Source of the DNA: Promethearchaeota archaeon
GTDB taxonomy: Archaea; Asgardarchaeota; Lokiarchaeia; Sigyniarchaeales; SOKP01
Reading direction: 5' to 3'
Length of the DNA: 64,000 nt
NCBI GenBank assembly: GCA_030599585.1
Contig: JAUVNS010000010.1
Coordinates: 128,001 to 192,000, forward strand
Shown: in pieces, positions 9,525 to 18,595 of the stretch
How the letters are laid out: every line of letters begins with the position of its first letter
Position numbering within the stretch: position 1 is the first letter of the stretch
Translations under genes and position numbers: made by a program
Notes under the pieces: generated by a model
What the model was told of the DNA's origin: nothing
What the model saw: the letters and a program-made list of their open reading frames with translations, nothing else
Databases searched by the model: none

Positions 9525-9544
9525 TATTTTTCATTCTCCTATTA

Positions 9545-10390
9545 TTATTTATTTTCTTTTAACATAATTCCTTTCCAAATAAGCTCAACTTCTTGTTCTT
9601 CGCCACTTATTTCCGAGAGGTAATTTTGCTGGACAAATATTGAAATTTGACCTCCATCCGAGTACTCATAAACGTAATCAAGTACATCATCTATAGATGT
9701 AAAATTAAAACCAGCAATTTTCAGCTCTGAACTACCAACTAACAATAAATCCTCACCATTAAAAGGACGGTCTTCATCATTCCATTCAACCCAAATTTCA
9801 GAAGCAATTTCAAGATCGTTTATAACTAAATCCTTTTCCAGGGGGATATTACGATAAGTCTTATAAGCAGCAAAAATAATTCGATTTGGAACTTTTCCCG
9901 TCTTTTTAAAGTATTTTTTTATAGCTTGTACCCCAGAATTAAAATTATTTAAATCAAGAATATCATAACAGACGACATAGGTCAATTCACCATCTTCCAT
10001 CTCTATAACGAAGTCCAAATTATCATTAGATTCATTGGAAATATTAACCTGGAAATTCTCAATTATAAATCCTTGAACATATTTAAAATATTGATAAAAT
10101 CGCCATTTTACCCCAAAATTTGAATTATCTTCTCTGCTGATAAAAATCTGATATAAAGATTTTAGTTGAGATGCTTTTAGGCTTTTTAAGTCATCAATCG
10201 TGTCATAGTCGTCACCAATATTTTTTAAGTTCATTCTTGCTGATTGTTTCTTTTTAGTAGGTTTACTTGAAAGTTCATCCAAAAAGATTTTAAGTTCTCC
10301 TTTTGTAAATGACGGTTTAATTTGGCTTACCAAATAATTTAAATATTTATCCGATTTATCTTGTAAAGTTTCATAATATTGAAAATTCAT
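9545..10390 (-). CDS. Hypothetical protein in che operon (possible degenerate PD-(D/E)XK-like fold)
   Basis: 281-aa ORF, SD AGGAG, tight spacing to neighbours. LDFVIE..DGELTYVVC only loosely resembles a restriction-endonuclease-like core. Confidence 0.6.
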   Translation of the reverse strand: MNFQYYETLQDKSDKYLNYLVSQIKPSFTKGELKIFLDELSSKPTKKKQSARMNLKNIGDDYDTIDDLKSLKASQLKSLYQIFISREDNSNFGVKWRFYQYFKYVQGFIIENFQVNISNESNDNLDFVIEMEDGELTYVVCYDILDLNNFNSGVQAIKKYFKKTGKVPNRIIFAAYKTYRNIPLEKDLVINDLEIASEIWVEWNDEDRPFNGEDLLLVGSSELKIAGFNFTSIDDVLDYVYEYSDGGQISIFVQQNYLSEISGEEQEVELIWKGIMLKENK

Positions 10391-10427
10391 TTAATCTCCT
10401 CTTTTTTTATTTATTTTTTTTTTGTTA

Positions 10428-12464
10428 TTATCCATAAAAGTAGGATTCTAATTCCGTAAAATTTACATCCTTTCCATCAATAGTCTTCAAATAATACATT
10501 ATTTCCATTTCCTGATAAGGCGTTATATTTGGAATAGTGAAATTTATCGTTTGATCGTGATTATCACTAGATTTAGTCATTTTATGTTCTATGTTTGATG
10601 ATATAAGCTTAAAGGATTCTGGAATTGTATCTGATATATCAATGTCTTTAATGAAGGCATTTGATTTGTTTTTGATTATAATATTTATTGCAAATTCATC
10701 ACTACTTCTACCTGGAAATATTTCTTTTCCAATCATGACGTTTCGGCGTTTATGTGAAATGTTTAAGGAAGGAATCGCATCTCTATCCAAATTTTCTTTT
10801 ATAACATGATATTCTTTAATCCCTTCATTAGCACTTTCCTGGTATTTAGGAAAATATGCATTAATTTCTAATGGAAAATCATATGATTTCTCGTTATCCG
10901 GTGAAATTGCCCTTAACGGATATTGAATCTCTAAAGTATCATTTTTTTCCAATGAATATTTAAGATTATTTTGAGATAGATTAACTTCAAGCTCTAATAC
11001 ATGCGTCATAGAAGGATCATCATTGTTGGGGGTTATATTTACAGTATATGAATCGGGGGTAATTGTTCCAGAATTATTAGTCAAAGTATAACTTGTATTA
11101 TCCATGGGAAGTAGAAAATCTTCAGGTACTACTTCTTTTACTACAACAGCATGCATAGGAATTGAACTGTTGTTTTTAATAAAGATTTTATTGGTAATCA
11201 CTGATTTTTCGAAAGATTTAATCTCGGTTTCTGGAATAAGTTTTTCTATTTTAAAATCAACTACTTCATAAACTTCATCAGCAAAATAGGTTTTTATTGT
11301 TGAATTTTTCTTAAAATTATAATTTACTGAATATTCGATTTTTCTAAAGAAGGATGGTTCAATTTCATCCTCTGTTTCCCATTCGTCTGTCTGATAGTTT
11401 TCGCCAGAATTTATTAGCGTTTTATTATTTGAAGTTTTAAAGTCTAAGTTTAAATATTCTTCTGTTTTGGATTTATCTGTAATTAGAATTGTTCTTAAAT
11501 CTAATGAATAATCACTGTGATTTTCAAAAATTAAGGAACATTTCCAATGATTGGGTCTGTTATTAACTTCTGATTTGTTAATTGCATGAAAGGCATGAGA
11601 GAAAGCCGTAAATTTATTGACATTAACCTCTGAAAATACATTATCTTTAACTTTAAATGAAGTTTCTATAATTCCCGTTCTAATTTTTTGATTTTTTTTA
11701 GGCATTACTTTAATCGAAAATTGTATAATTGCGTTTTCTCCTGGATGTAATTTATTCACTGAGCATTCAATAGAATTTCTTCCTATAACTAAGTTCTTAG
11801 ATGTTTGATCAGATACTTGAAAATCGTAAAAATCCTTGAAAATAGCTTTTCTAAATTCAATCTCTTCTATAATTGATGTACTAATATTTCTAATTACAAT
11901 AGTATACCTTATTAGATTCTCTCTACCTGATAATAGAATATTAGTTCTCTTTAAATGTAAGGTTTTTATGTCCTCCTCAGAGTTTTCAAATTCAGTTTTA
12001 ATCGATTCTAATTTATCATTCAATATCTCAATTTCTTCATCAATACGTATCAAATCTGAGATCTCCTCAGTATTAATAAGATCAAATTTAATATTTTTAC
12101 TAGTTTTAGGTTCAAAAATTCCTAGAACAACTTCATTCTCCTCTCCTATACTCGTTTGTTTAGAACCAGAAAATTCTAAGCGCGTATCCCAGATTCGATC
12201 CTTATTAGAGTTGTTGTTAACTGATAAATTGCCATATCCATGGAGAGATTTTCGAGATCTGTTGTAGTTATATTGAAAATCTAGCACCTCTTCATTTACA
12301 ATTGAAATTTCAGAAACTTTTTTGACAGACTCCGTATATATCTCTTGGGTGCTTCTATCGTCATATAGATCTCTTGAATGGGCTGTTTGAGATAAAGATA
12401 ATCCGATTAAATTAAATCCGGACTTAGTTTTCAATTCATCGTGTTTAATTTTTTTAAATCCCAT
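10428..12464 (-). CDS. Cytoplasmic protein with tandem Ig-like beta-sandwich repeats
   Basis: Repeated units such as YTIVIRNIS..IEEIEF, IFIKNNS..MHAVVVKEVVPEDF and IIIKNKS..IKDIDISDTIPESF (DUF11/CARDB-like). No signal peptide or TM helix. Confidence 0.65.
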   Translation of the reverse strand: MGFKKIKHDELKTKSGFNLIGLSLSQTAHSRDLYDDRSTQEIYTESVKKVSEISIVNEEVLDFQYNYNRSRKSLHGYGNLSVNNNSNKDRIWDTRLEFSGSKQTSIGEENEVVLGIFEPKTSKNIKFDLINTEEISDLIRIDEEIEILNDKLESIKTEFENSEEDIKTLHLKRTNILLSGRENLIRYTIVIRNISTSIIEEIEFRKAIFKDFYDFQVSDQTSKNLVIGRNSIECSVNKLHPGENAIIQFSIKVMPKKNQKIRTGIIETSFKVKDNVFSEVNVNKFTAFSHAFHAINKSEVNNRPNHWKCSLIFENHSDYSLDLRTILITDKSKTEEYLNLDFKTSNNKTLINSGENYQTDEWETEDEIEPSFFRKIEYSVNYNFKKNSTIKTYFADEVYEVVDFKIEKLIPETEIKSFEKSVITNKIFIKNNSSIPMHAVVVKEVVPEDFLLPMDNTSYTLTNNSGTITPDSYTVNITPNNDDPSMTHVLELEVNLSQNNLKYSLEKNDTLEIQYPLRAISPDNEKSYDFPLEINAYFPKYQESANEGIKEYHVIKENLDRDAIPSLNISHKRRNVMIGKEIFPGRSSDEFAINIIIKNKSNAFIKDIDISDTIPESFKLISSNIEHKMTKSSDNHDQTINFTIPNITPYQEMEIMYYLKTIDGKDVNFTELESYFYG

Positions 12465-12527
12465 TATTTTTTTCCTCTTTTTTATATTTATTTGTGAATT
12501 TGCTCTTTTTTGGTTAAAAAAATCTAT

Positions 12528-14624
12528 TTAAAATTTAAATGTTCGAATTTCATTTGTTTTTGAAGTTATAATTGTTAATACATCGAGAATTAAGCAGACA
12601 GAGCCATCATCTAAAATAGTTGAACCCAATATATCTCTTGAATCAGAATAATTAGACTTAAATGGCTTGACAACAATATCTGTTTGTTGCATTATATCAT
12701 CGACTATAAAAACTGCTGAATTCATATCATCCTTTTTACATAAAATTGCAACTTTAGATTTTGAATGTAATCTCAAATCTTCGTTCGTAGCATCTTTAAA
12801 TTGAAAATGTTGCTCTAATTGGATTGCAGGAATTAACTTTGAATTAAATTTGTAATAAAGAGTATTTTCTACATATTCTGCCTTTTCTTGTTTAAATTGA
12901 AATATTGTTTCTATGTATTCTATTGGAATAGCAAATAGCTCTCCTGCTACACGAAGTAATTGTGCTTTAAGGATTGCTCTAGAAAAAGGCACTATTAAAG
13001 TGAAAGTAGTCCCAGCATCCTTTTCTGAATGAATTTTTAGAGATCCACCTAATTCTCTTATTTTTTCTACTACAATCGCTAGCCCTATTCCTCTACCTGA
13101 AATCAAATTAGCTCCTGAAAGAGTAGAAAAATTAGGTTGAAGAATATACTGGTTTAAAACATTCGTATTTAAATGCTCTACTTCTTCTTTTAAAAATAAG
13201 CCTTTTTGTACAAGAACATCCTTAACACGATCATAATCAATCCCTTGTCCATCATCTGTTACTTCGATATATATTGATCCAGCACTCCTGTATGTCTTCA
13301 GTCGTAATAATCCTATTTGATTTTTAGTTTTCTTCATCCTTAATTCAGGAGATTCAATTCCATGATAAACAGCATTTCTAAGAAGGTGAACTAATGGGGA
13401 ATTTAGCTCCTCTAAGATTTTTCTATCAATTTCAACATTAGTACCTTCTAAAATAAATCTTATTTTTTTCCCTGTTTCTTTTGCTACATCGCGTATTAAT
13501 CTTTTATACTTAACAAACGTTGTCTCAACTCTTACAAGTTTTAATCCAAAGATTAATTCTTGAATATCCAAGAATGGTTTCTCCATATTGCTAACAATGG
13601 CACCTAAAACTCTATCTTGTCTTTCTTTTAGAGTCCTTGTTATTTGATTCTTTAAAATTACAATTTCTCCAAAATAATTCATTAATTTTTCAAGAATATC
13701 GACATCAACTTTTACACTAGAAATCTTAGTCCCTTCATCTGAATAATCTTCAAATGCATGCGAACTTGTTTCAATTTCACCATCAATGAATTCATCATCA
13801 TCCTCACTTTCAACATGATATGACTCTCTGCTACGCTTAGTTGCTTTTTTTTCCAATATTCGCGTCCATTTTAAGTCAAATTCGTTAAGTAATCCTTCAA
13901 ATTCCTTATTTTCTAGTTTGTTAATTGCTTTATTTTCAATCTCTAAAATTTCATTTAAGATTTTTACTATTTCTTTATCTGTTGAGTGGCTAATATAATA
14001 TATCTCAAAATCATTAATGATTTCACCTTGTTCTAATGATTCTGGATCAGGGACACCCCAACATATCTGACCTTTTTCAGTCAAAGCCCTAAAAATAATA
14101 AAAAGTCGAACTTTCTTAAAGGCACATGTAGATTGAAGGCGAATATATACTTTATAAAATTTATTTGATTTGTCACCTAAAATAGCACTAAATTTGTTCG
14201 GTTGTATATGTTTTATAAAAGACATTTCTGAACTACTATCAAATGAGTCAAAACTGTCTCTTAAATCAAGTAGTAAGCTCGGATCTATGTCAGTCATATC
14301 ACCATTTTTAACATTATTTAGAACACTACGAAGAACTTCAAGGCTTTCAAAAAGCATATTAATAATCGAATCACTCAAATCGACTGAATCTTGATTATCT
14401 TTTATGCTTTGTAAAAAACTCTCAAAGTAATGGCAAAATTTAGAAGTATTATTAAAACCTGCCATTGCTGTTAATCCTTTTAAGGTATGAAAGGTGTAAA
14501 AAAGATTTTGAATTGGCTTCAACGCTTTTGGATTTTGTTCAATTTTCAATATTTCTCCTTCTGTTTGCAGGATGAGATCTTCTGTCTCACTTACAAAGAG
14601 CTTCATATCGTCTTGAGATATCAA
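12528..14624 (-). CDS. cheA: Chemotaxis histidine kinase CheA
   Basis: Hpt FHTLKG, P2 domain, HLLRNAVYHGIE, DDGQGID, SGRGIGL, C-term CheW-like P5. TTG start after GGTGAT. Confidence 0.96.
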   Translation of the reverse strand: MISQDDMKLFVSETEDLILQTEGEILKIEQNPKALKPIQNLFYTFHTLKGLTAMAGFNNTSKFCHYFESFLQSIKDNQDSVDLSDSIINMLFESLEVLRSVLNNVKNGDMTDIDPSLLLDLRDSFDSFDSSSEMSFIKHIQPNKFSAILGDKSNKFYKVYIRLQSTCAFKKVRLFIIFRALTEKGQICWGVPDPESLEQGEIINDFEIYYISHSTDKEIVKILNEILEIENKAINKLENKEFEGLLNEFDLKWTRILEKKATKRSRESYHVESEDDDEFIDGEIETSSHAFEDYSDEGTKISSVKVDVDILEKLMNYFGEIVILKNQITRTLKERQDRVLGAIVSNMEKPFLDIQELIFGLKLVRVETTFVKYKRLIRDVAKETGKKIRFILEGTNVEIDRKILEELNSPLVHLLRNAVYHGIESPELRMKKTKNQIGLLRLKTYRSAGSIYIEVTDDGQGIDYDRVKDVLVQKGLFLKEEVEHLNTNVLNQYILQPNFSTLSGANLISGRGIGLAIVVEKIRELGGSLKIHSEKDAGTTFTLIVPFSRAILKAQLLRVAGELFAIPIEYIETIFQFKQEKAEYVENTLYYKFNSKLIPAIQLEQHFQFKDATNEDLRLHSKSKVAILCKKDDMNSAVFIVDDIMQQTDIVVKPFKSNYSDSRDILGSTILDDGSVCLILDVLTIITSKTNEIRTFKF

Positions 14625-14668
14625 ATTATCACCTTCACCTATTTCCTTCTTATTTTTATTTTATTTTT

Positions 14669-15046
14669 TTATTTTCCAGCAACTCTCTCTAAAACATCTT
14701 CGATTTGGTCTGCTTTAAAGGGTTTCTGAATAAAATCCTTTGCGCCCTTTTTAGCAGCTTCTAAAACTAACGCCTCTTGACCCAAGGCAGACACAATAAC
14801 AATAATTGCATCGGGATCGAAACTTAAAATTTTCTCTGTAGTTTCTATACCTCCTTGTTCAGGCATAACTAAATCCATTGTTACTAAGTCAGGCTTGAGC
14901 TCTTGATACAAAGAAACTGCTTCAACACCGTTTCTAGCTTCTGCGATAACTTCACCAATTTCTGTTTTATTGATGATCTTCTTCAACATATTTCGTGTAA
15001 ATTGGGCGTCGTCAACTACCAAAATTTTCTTTTTATTTTTTGTCAT
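14669..15046 (-). CDS. cheY: Chemotaxis response regulator CheY
   Basis: VVDDAQFTR, TMDLVMP, VSALGQ, FIQKPF; lies between cheW and cheA. Confidence 0.95.
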   Translation of the reverse strand: MTKNKKKILVVDDAQFTRNMLKKIINKTEIGEVIAEARNGVEAVSLYQELKPDLVTMDLVMPEQGGIETTEKILSFDPDAIIVIVSALGQEALVLEAAKKGAKDFIQKPFKADQIEDVLERVAGK

Positions 15047-15595
15047 TTAATCAACTCTTTTTTTTTGCATTTTTATTTCTTCTTTTTTAATTGAAATATA
15101 GTCAATTTCATTAAGCAAATTGCTTAAATCAAGTAAAATTCTAGGTCTATCCTTGAATTTTATTATACCTTTAATATTTTCCATACCCACACTTGTTTGG
15201 AATATTGGACTCAATCCCACAATATTTTCTGCATTGACATGAGCAATACTAACAATTTGATCAGCAAAAAACCCGATAAAAACTCCAGCTATATCCAAAA
15301 TAATAATATATTTCTTTTTCCTCTTAGTTTTTACTTTAGATAAAGCGAGTTTTGATTTATATAAATAATTCTCGTGTAAATTTAGAACTTTTTCAAGGTT
15401 TAATATGTGAATTATTTCTCCTCGATAATTGTAGATGCCATCGATGAAATCAAGGCTCTTCGGTAGTTTTCTAATTTGACCCGATCTTACAATTTCTTTT
15501 ATTGTGGAAAGTTCAATTGCAAATTCTTCTAAACCAATTTCAAAAATTATAACCGATTTTTTTTCTAATTCATTTTTTATTTGTTCTTGATACAT
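15047..15595 (-). CDS. cheW: Chemotaxis coupling protein CheW
   Basis: IFEIGLEEFAI..IKEI, LPKSLDFIDGIYNYRGEII, GFFADQI, RILLDL. Confidence 0.92.
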   Translation of the reverse strand: MYQEQIKNELEKKSVIIFEIGLEEFAIELSTIKEIVRSGQIRKLPKSLDFIDGIYNYRGEIIHILNLEKVLNLHENYLYKSKLALSKVKTKRKKKYIIILDIAGVFIGFFADQIVSIAHVNAENIVGLSPIFQTSVGMENIKGIIKFKDRPRILLDLSNLLNEIDYISIKKEEIKMQKKRVD

Positions 15596-15615
15596 TTTTT
15601 CTCACATCTATTTTT

Positions 15616-16464
15616 TTAAATTTCAAAATACAAATCAATTTTTTTTTTAAATTTATGGAAAGGTGCTATATCTCCGGTAAAATCAATTAGATGCTCCTTG
15701 TACTGTTCAAGGAAATCATCAGCTATTAGATACATGTATCTTTTGATTAATGAATTCAGGTTTTCAACCAAAAAAGCAAAAATAACATTCTTTTTTGTTA
15801 TCATATAAAAACGTTGATTACCGAAGTTAATTTCTTTCAGTTCTGCCCCGGATTCTTGTCCGATGATTTCTTTTGAAAATGAAAATAGCGCAGATATAAA
15901 CCCTCCAATGTGAACTTCCTTATTTGATATAAGTTTTCTGTTTTGATTGATTTTTGAAATATAAGGGCATCCATTTGCCCCTATTATGAACACACCAATA
16001 ATTCCCTTTGTTTGGGGTATTGATATTGTCTTGTTACACGTATTAATTACTTCAGAAATAGGTGTATTTAACCGTATTTGGTTTGTTATTTTTCTTGTAA
16101 AAAAATATAATTTTGGAAAATTAATAGTATGATCTTTCTCTGTCATATAGAGAATTACAATAGTATTATTATTATGTTGGAAATAATGAATAAAAATTGA
16201 AAAATCATCTAAAGGAATTATCGAATTCCCCTGCTTTTGATTATTAATTTCTTTCTTGCACAGTTCAATTACATTTTGTATAAGTGGTGTTCCTATTCCT
16301 TTTTGAAATAATACGTGAATTTTATCATTGTTATTAAATTCAGAAATTTTTATTAACCCATATCCGAGCATCTGCAAAATTTCTTTTGATTCTATTGTAT
16401 CCAAATGATTATTCATTTGAATTTTTCTATTTTGATGTTTTTCCATAACAATCATTAAATTCAC
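15616..16464 (-). CDS. Longin-like domain protein (first gene of che run)
   Basis: C-half GIIGVFIIGANG.PY...GGFISALFSFSKEI...LKEINFGNQRFY...IADDFLEQY...FTGDIAPF is typical of Asgard longin/sedlin-like domains. Start uncertain. Confidence 0.7.
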   Translation of the reverse strand: MNLMIVMEKHQNRKIQMNNHLDTIESKEILQMLGYGLIKISEFNNNDKIHVLFQKGIGTPLIQNVIELCKKEINNQKQGNSIIPLDDFSIFIHYFQHNNNTIVILYMTEKDHTINFPKLYFFTRKITNQIRLNTPISEVINTCNKTISIPQTKGIIGVFIIGANGCPYISKINQNRKLISNKEVHIGGFISALFSFSKEIIGQESGAELKEINFGNQRFYMITKKNVIFAFLVENLNSLIKRYMYLIADDFLEQYKEHLIDFTGDIAPFHKFKKKIDLYFEI

Positions 16465-16693
16465 AGATTATTTTTTTGTATTTTTAGATATTTTCAATCC
16501 ATTATTTGTATTTTACCAAGAAAAGATTATTTGATGAAAAAAATTTAATTTTAAACACATCTTTTTATGTATTTTATGAAGAAGAATTTATATTTAAATG
16601 TTTATATTTCGAAATATGTGTTATTTTTAAGCATACAAACATAGTTAATAAAAAAAAATTGTATAATAATTTTGTTATTACTAAAAAAAAAGG

Positions 16694-16707
16694 GAAAGGT
16701 TTAAAAA
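16694..16707 (+). promoter_or_regulatory. Candidate BRE-TATA (GAAAGG TTTAAAAA) for the tfb unit
   Basis: Purine-rich BRE-like run next to a TATA-like box in the AT-rich divergent intergenic region. AT-richness makes chance matches likely. Confidence 0.35.
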
Positions 16708-16821
16708 TACATATAATTATAGATTTATTAAAGATTTTTTATCATAAATTTAAAAATGAACAAAAAAATGATAATTTTTATTTAGTAATTGATTAAGTTA
16801 ATTAGAAAAGGTGAATAATTA

Positions 16822-17037
16822 ATGGAAGACTTTTACTTTGCTAAGGGAAGTAAGAATTTAGAAGAATGTAGTAGTTCGGAGAAATTTGTCATAATTTCTT
16901 TTCTTAGAGAAGAGTTAAACCTTATATCTAAAATTAAATGGTTTAGAATTAATGCTTTTAGAAATAAGGCTCAAATTTTCTCATTAAAATTAAAAACTTA
17001 TTTATTTGATAATCCTGGAGTTGTGTATAATTGGTAA
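16822..17037 (+). CDS. Small hypothetical protein coupled to tfb
   Basis: SD AGGTGA before ATG; its stop overlaps the tfb start. Confidence 0.55.
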   Translation: MEDFYFAKGSKNLEECSSSEKFVIISFLREELNLISKIKWFRINAFRNKAQIFSLKLKTYLFDNPGVVYNW

Positions 17038-17912
17038 TAATAAATGAAATAGAAGAATATCAAAATCTTTGTCCAGAATGCAATGGGTATATAATCCTAA
17101 TATCAGAAAAAGGAGAAACCGTTTGTAATCAATGTGGTCTTATCATAAATGAAAAAGAAATAGATCTAAAAAACAGCGGGAGGAGGACATATACACAAAA
17201 GGAAAAAAATAAATTTGATAACTATGGTTGGCCTATATCTCCTTTGGTTGCAGATTTAGAAATTTGTACTAAAATTAATAAAAATGAAACAAATAATTTT
17301 AACTTAAAAAGAATTATTAAGAGAGATTCAATGTATTCCTGGAAGACAAAGAATATGTTAATCGCAATTGCTGAATTAAAGCGATTAAGCTTTAACCTAA
17401 AAATACCTTCTCATGTTAAAAATGAAACATTATCCCTTTATAAGAAAAGTTTTAATGCTAATCTTTTAAAAGGGCGCTCCATATGTGGAATGATTGCTGC
17501 TTGTCTATATTTTGTTTCAAAGAAATTGAATACACCTGTTATGTTAAAAGATATTATCTATGAGTCTACTGCTGATGTTGAAATAATAAAGAAATGTTAT
17601 ATAGCTCTGACAAAGAAATTCAAATTACCACACTATAATCTTAATCCCCTTCTATTTATTCCAAGATATTCGTCTGAATTAGATTTAGATATTGAGACTC
17701 AACACTTGGTAGTAAAAATATTATCACATTTTTTAAAGAATAATGAATTTGATGGGAAAAATCCAATGGGATTATGCGGTGGAGCGATTTATTTTGCAGC
17801 TAAACTTAAAGGTAAAAAAATAACTCAAAAACAAGTTGCCAAAAAAGTTGGTATTACAGATTTAACTCTGAGATCACGATATAAGGAAATAATTGAAAAA
17901 ATAGGGTTATAA
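17031..17912 (+). CDS. tfb: Divergent transcription initiation factor IIB (TFB) paralog
   Basis: Zn ribbon CPEC...CNQCG, two cyclin repeats (LLKGRS, GKNPMGL.GGAIY), C-term HTH TQKQVAKKVGITDLTLRSRYKEI. Confidence 0.92.
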   Translation: MVIINEIEEYQNLCPECNGYIILISEKGETVCNQCGLIINEKEIDLKNSGRRTYTQKEKNKFDNYGWPISPLVADLEICTKINKNETNNFNLKRIIKRDSMYSWKTKNMLIAIAELKRLSFNLKIPSHVKNETLSLYKKSFNANLLKGRSICGMIAACLYFVSKKLNTPVMLKDIIYESTADVEIIKKCYIALTKKFKLPHYNLNPLLFIPRYSSELDLDIETQHLVVKILSHFLKNNEFDGKNPMGLCGGAIYFAAKLKGKKITQKQVAKKVGITDLTLRSRYKEIIEKIGL

Positions 17913-17915
17913 AAA

Positions 17916-18287
17916 ATGATGGCATCCGTTTTTATTGTTGAAGATGACGTTTTCATATTAAGATTATATGAAATTTTTTTAAGATCGAGCAAATTTTCTG
18001 TAATTGGAAAGGCAAAAAATGGAGATGAAGCTGTAGCTTCTTATAAATTAATGAGTACAAAACCTGATTTGATAATTATGGACAATCGTATGCCAGTTAA
18101 AAGTGGTATTGAAGCATTAAAAGAAATTCTCGAAATTGATAGTCAGGCAAAAATTATGATAGTGAGTGCAGATCGTAGTATTGAAAAAATAGCGAAATCT
18201 GTTGGAGCTGTAGCGTTTATGGAAAAACCATTTTCGTTGAAAATATTAGTTGAGAATATTAATAATGTTATTACAAATTGTGTTTAA
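17916..18287 (+). CDS. Stand-alone CheY-like receiver protein
   Basis: VEDD, IMDNRMP, VSAD, FMEKPF. Confidence 0.9.
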   Translation: MMASVFIVEDDVFILRLYEIFLRSSKFSVIGKAKNGDEAVASYKLMSTKPDLIIMDNRMPVKSGIEALKEILEIDSQAKIMIVSADRSIEKIAKSVGAVAFMEKPFSLKILVENINNVITNCV

Positions 18288-18330
18288 CTTTACATCATTA
18301 AATTTGAAAGTTTGAGATGATTTAAAAATA

Positions 18331-18525
18331 ATGAATATGGATATGAAAAAAAAGATTATTTATACTCCAAATATATGTCCCTATTGCCAATCAACAGAAA
18401 TAATCCCGAAAAAGGAATTTATCAAAGATAATTACCTCAAGATCCCATACTATTGCAAAAAATGTGGAAAAGTTTCTAAAGCCATATATTTTATTGAATA
18501 CCAAGAAACTGAGGGTTGGTATTAG
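18331..18525 (+). CDS. Small zinc-ribbon protein
   Basis: CPYC...CKKC pair in a 64-aa ORF co-oriented with its neighbours. Confidence 0.65.
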   Translation: MNMDMKKKIIYTPNICPYCQSTEIIPKKEFIKDNYLKIPYYCKKCGKVSKAIYFIEYQETEGWY

Positions 18526-18595
18526 TTTGATTAGGTTTAAACTATATTATTTAATTTGGATTATGATATTTAGTTGAGGATTTAGGTTTGTTATT

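Noticed and set aside
12528-14624. CheA as a possible pseudokinase (NAVYHG and PNFST instead of NAVDHG and PGFST)
   Set aside because: Phospho-His, N-box Asn, G1 DDG and G2 GRG.G are all retained; the deviations are insufficient to claim inactivity.
16506-16796. 96-aa plus-strand ORF in the divergent intergenic region
   Set aside because: Extremely AT-rich K/F/I/N composition, TTG start and no motif; more likely promoter DNA.
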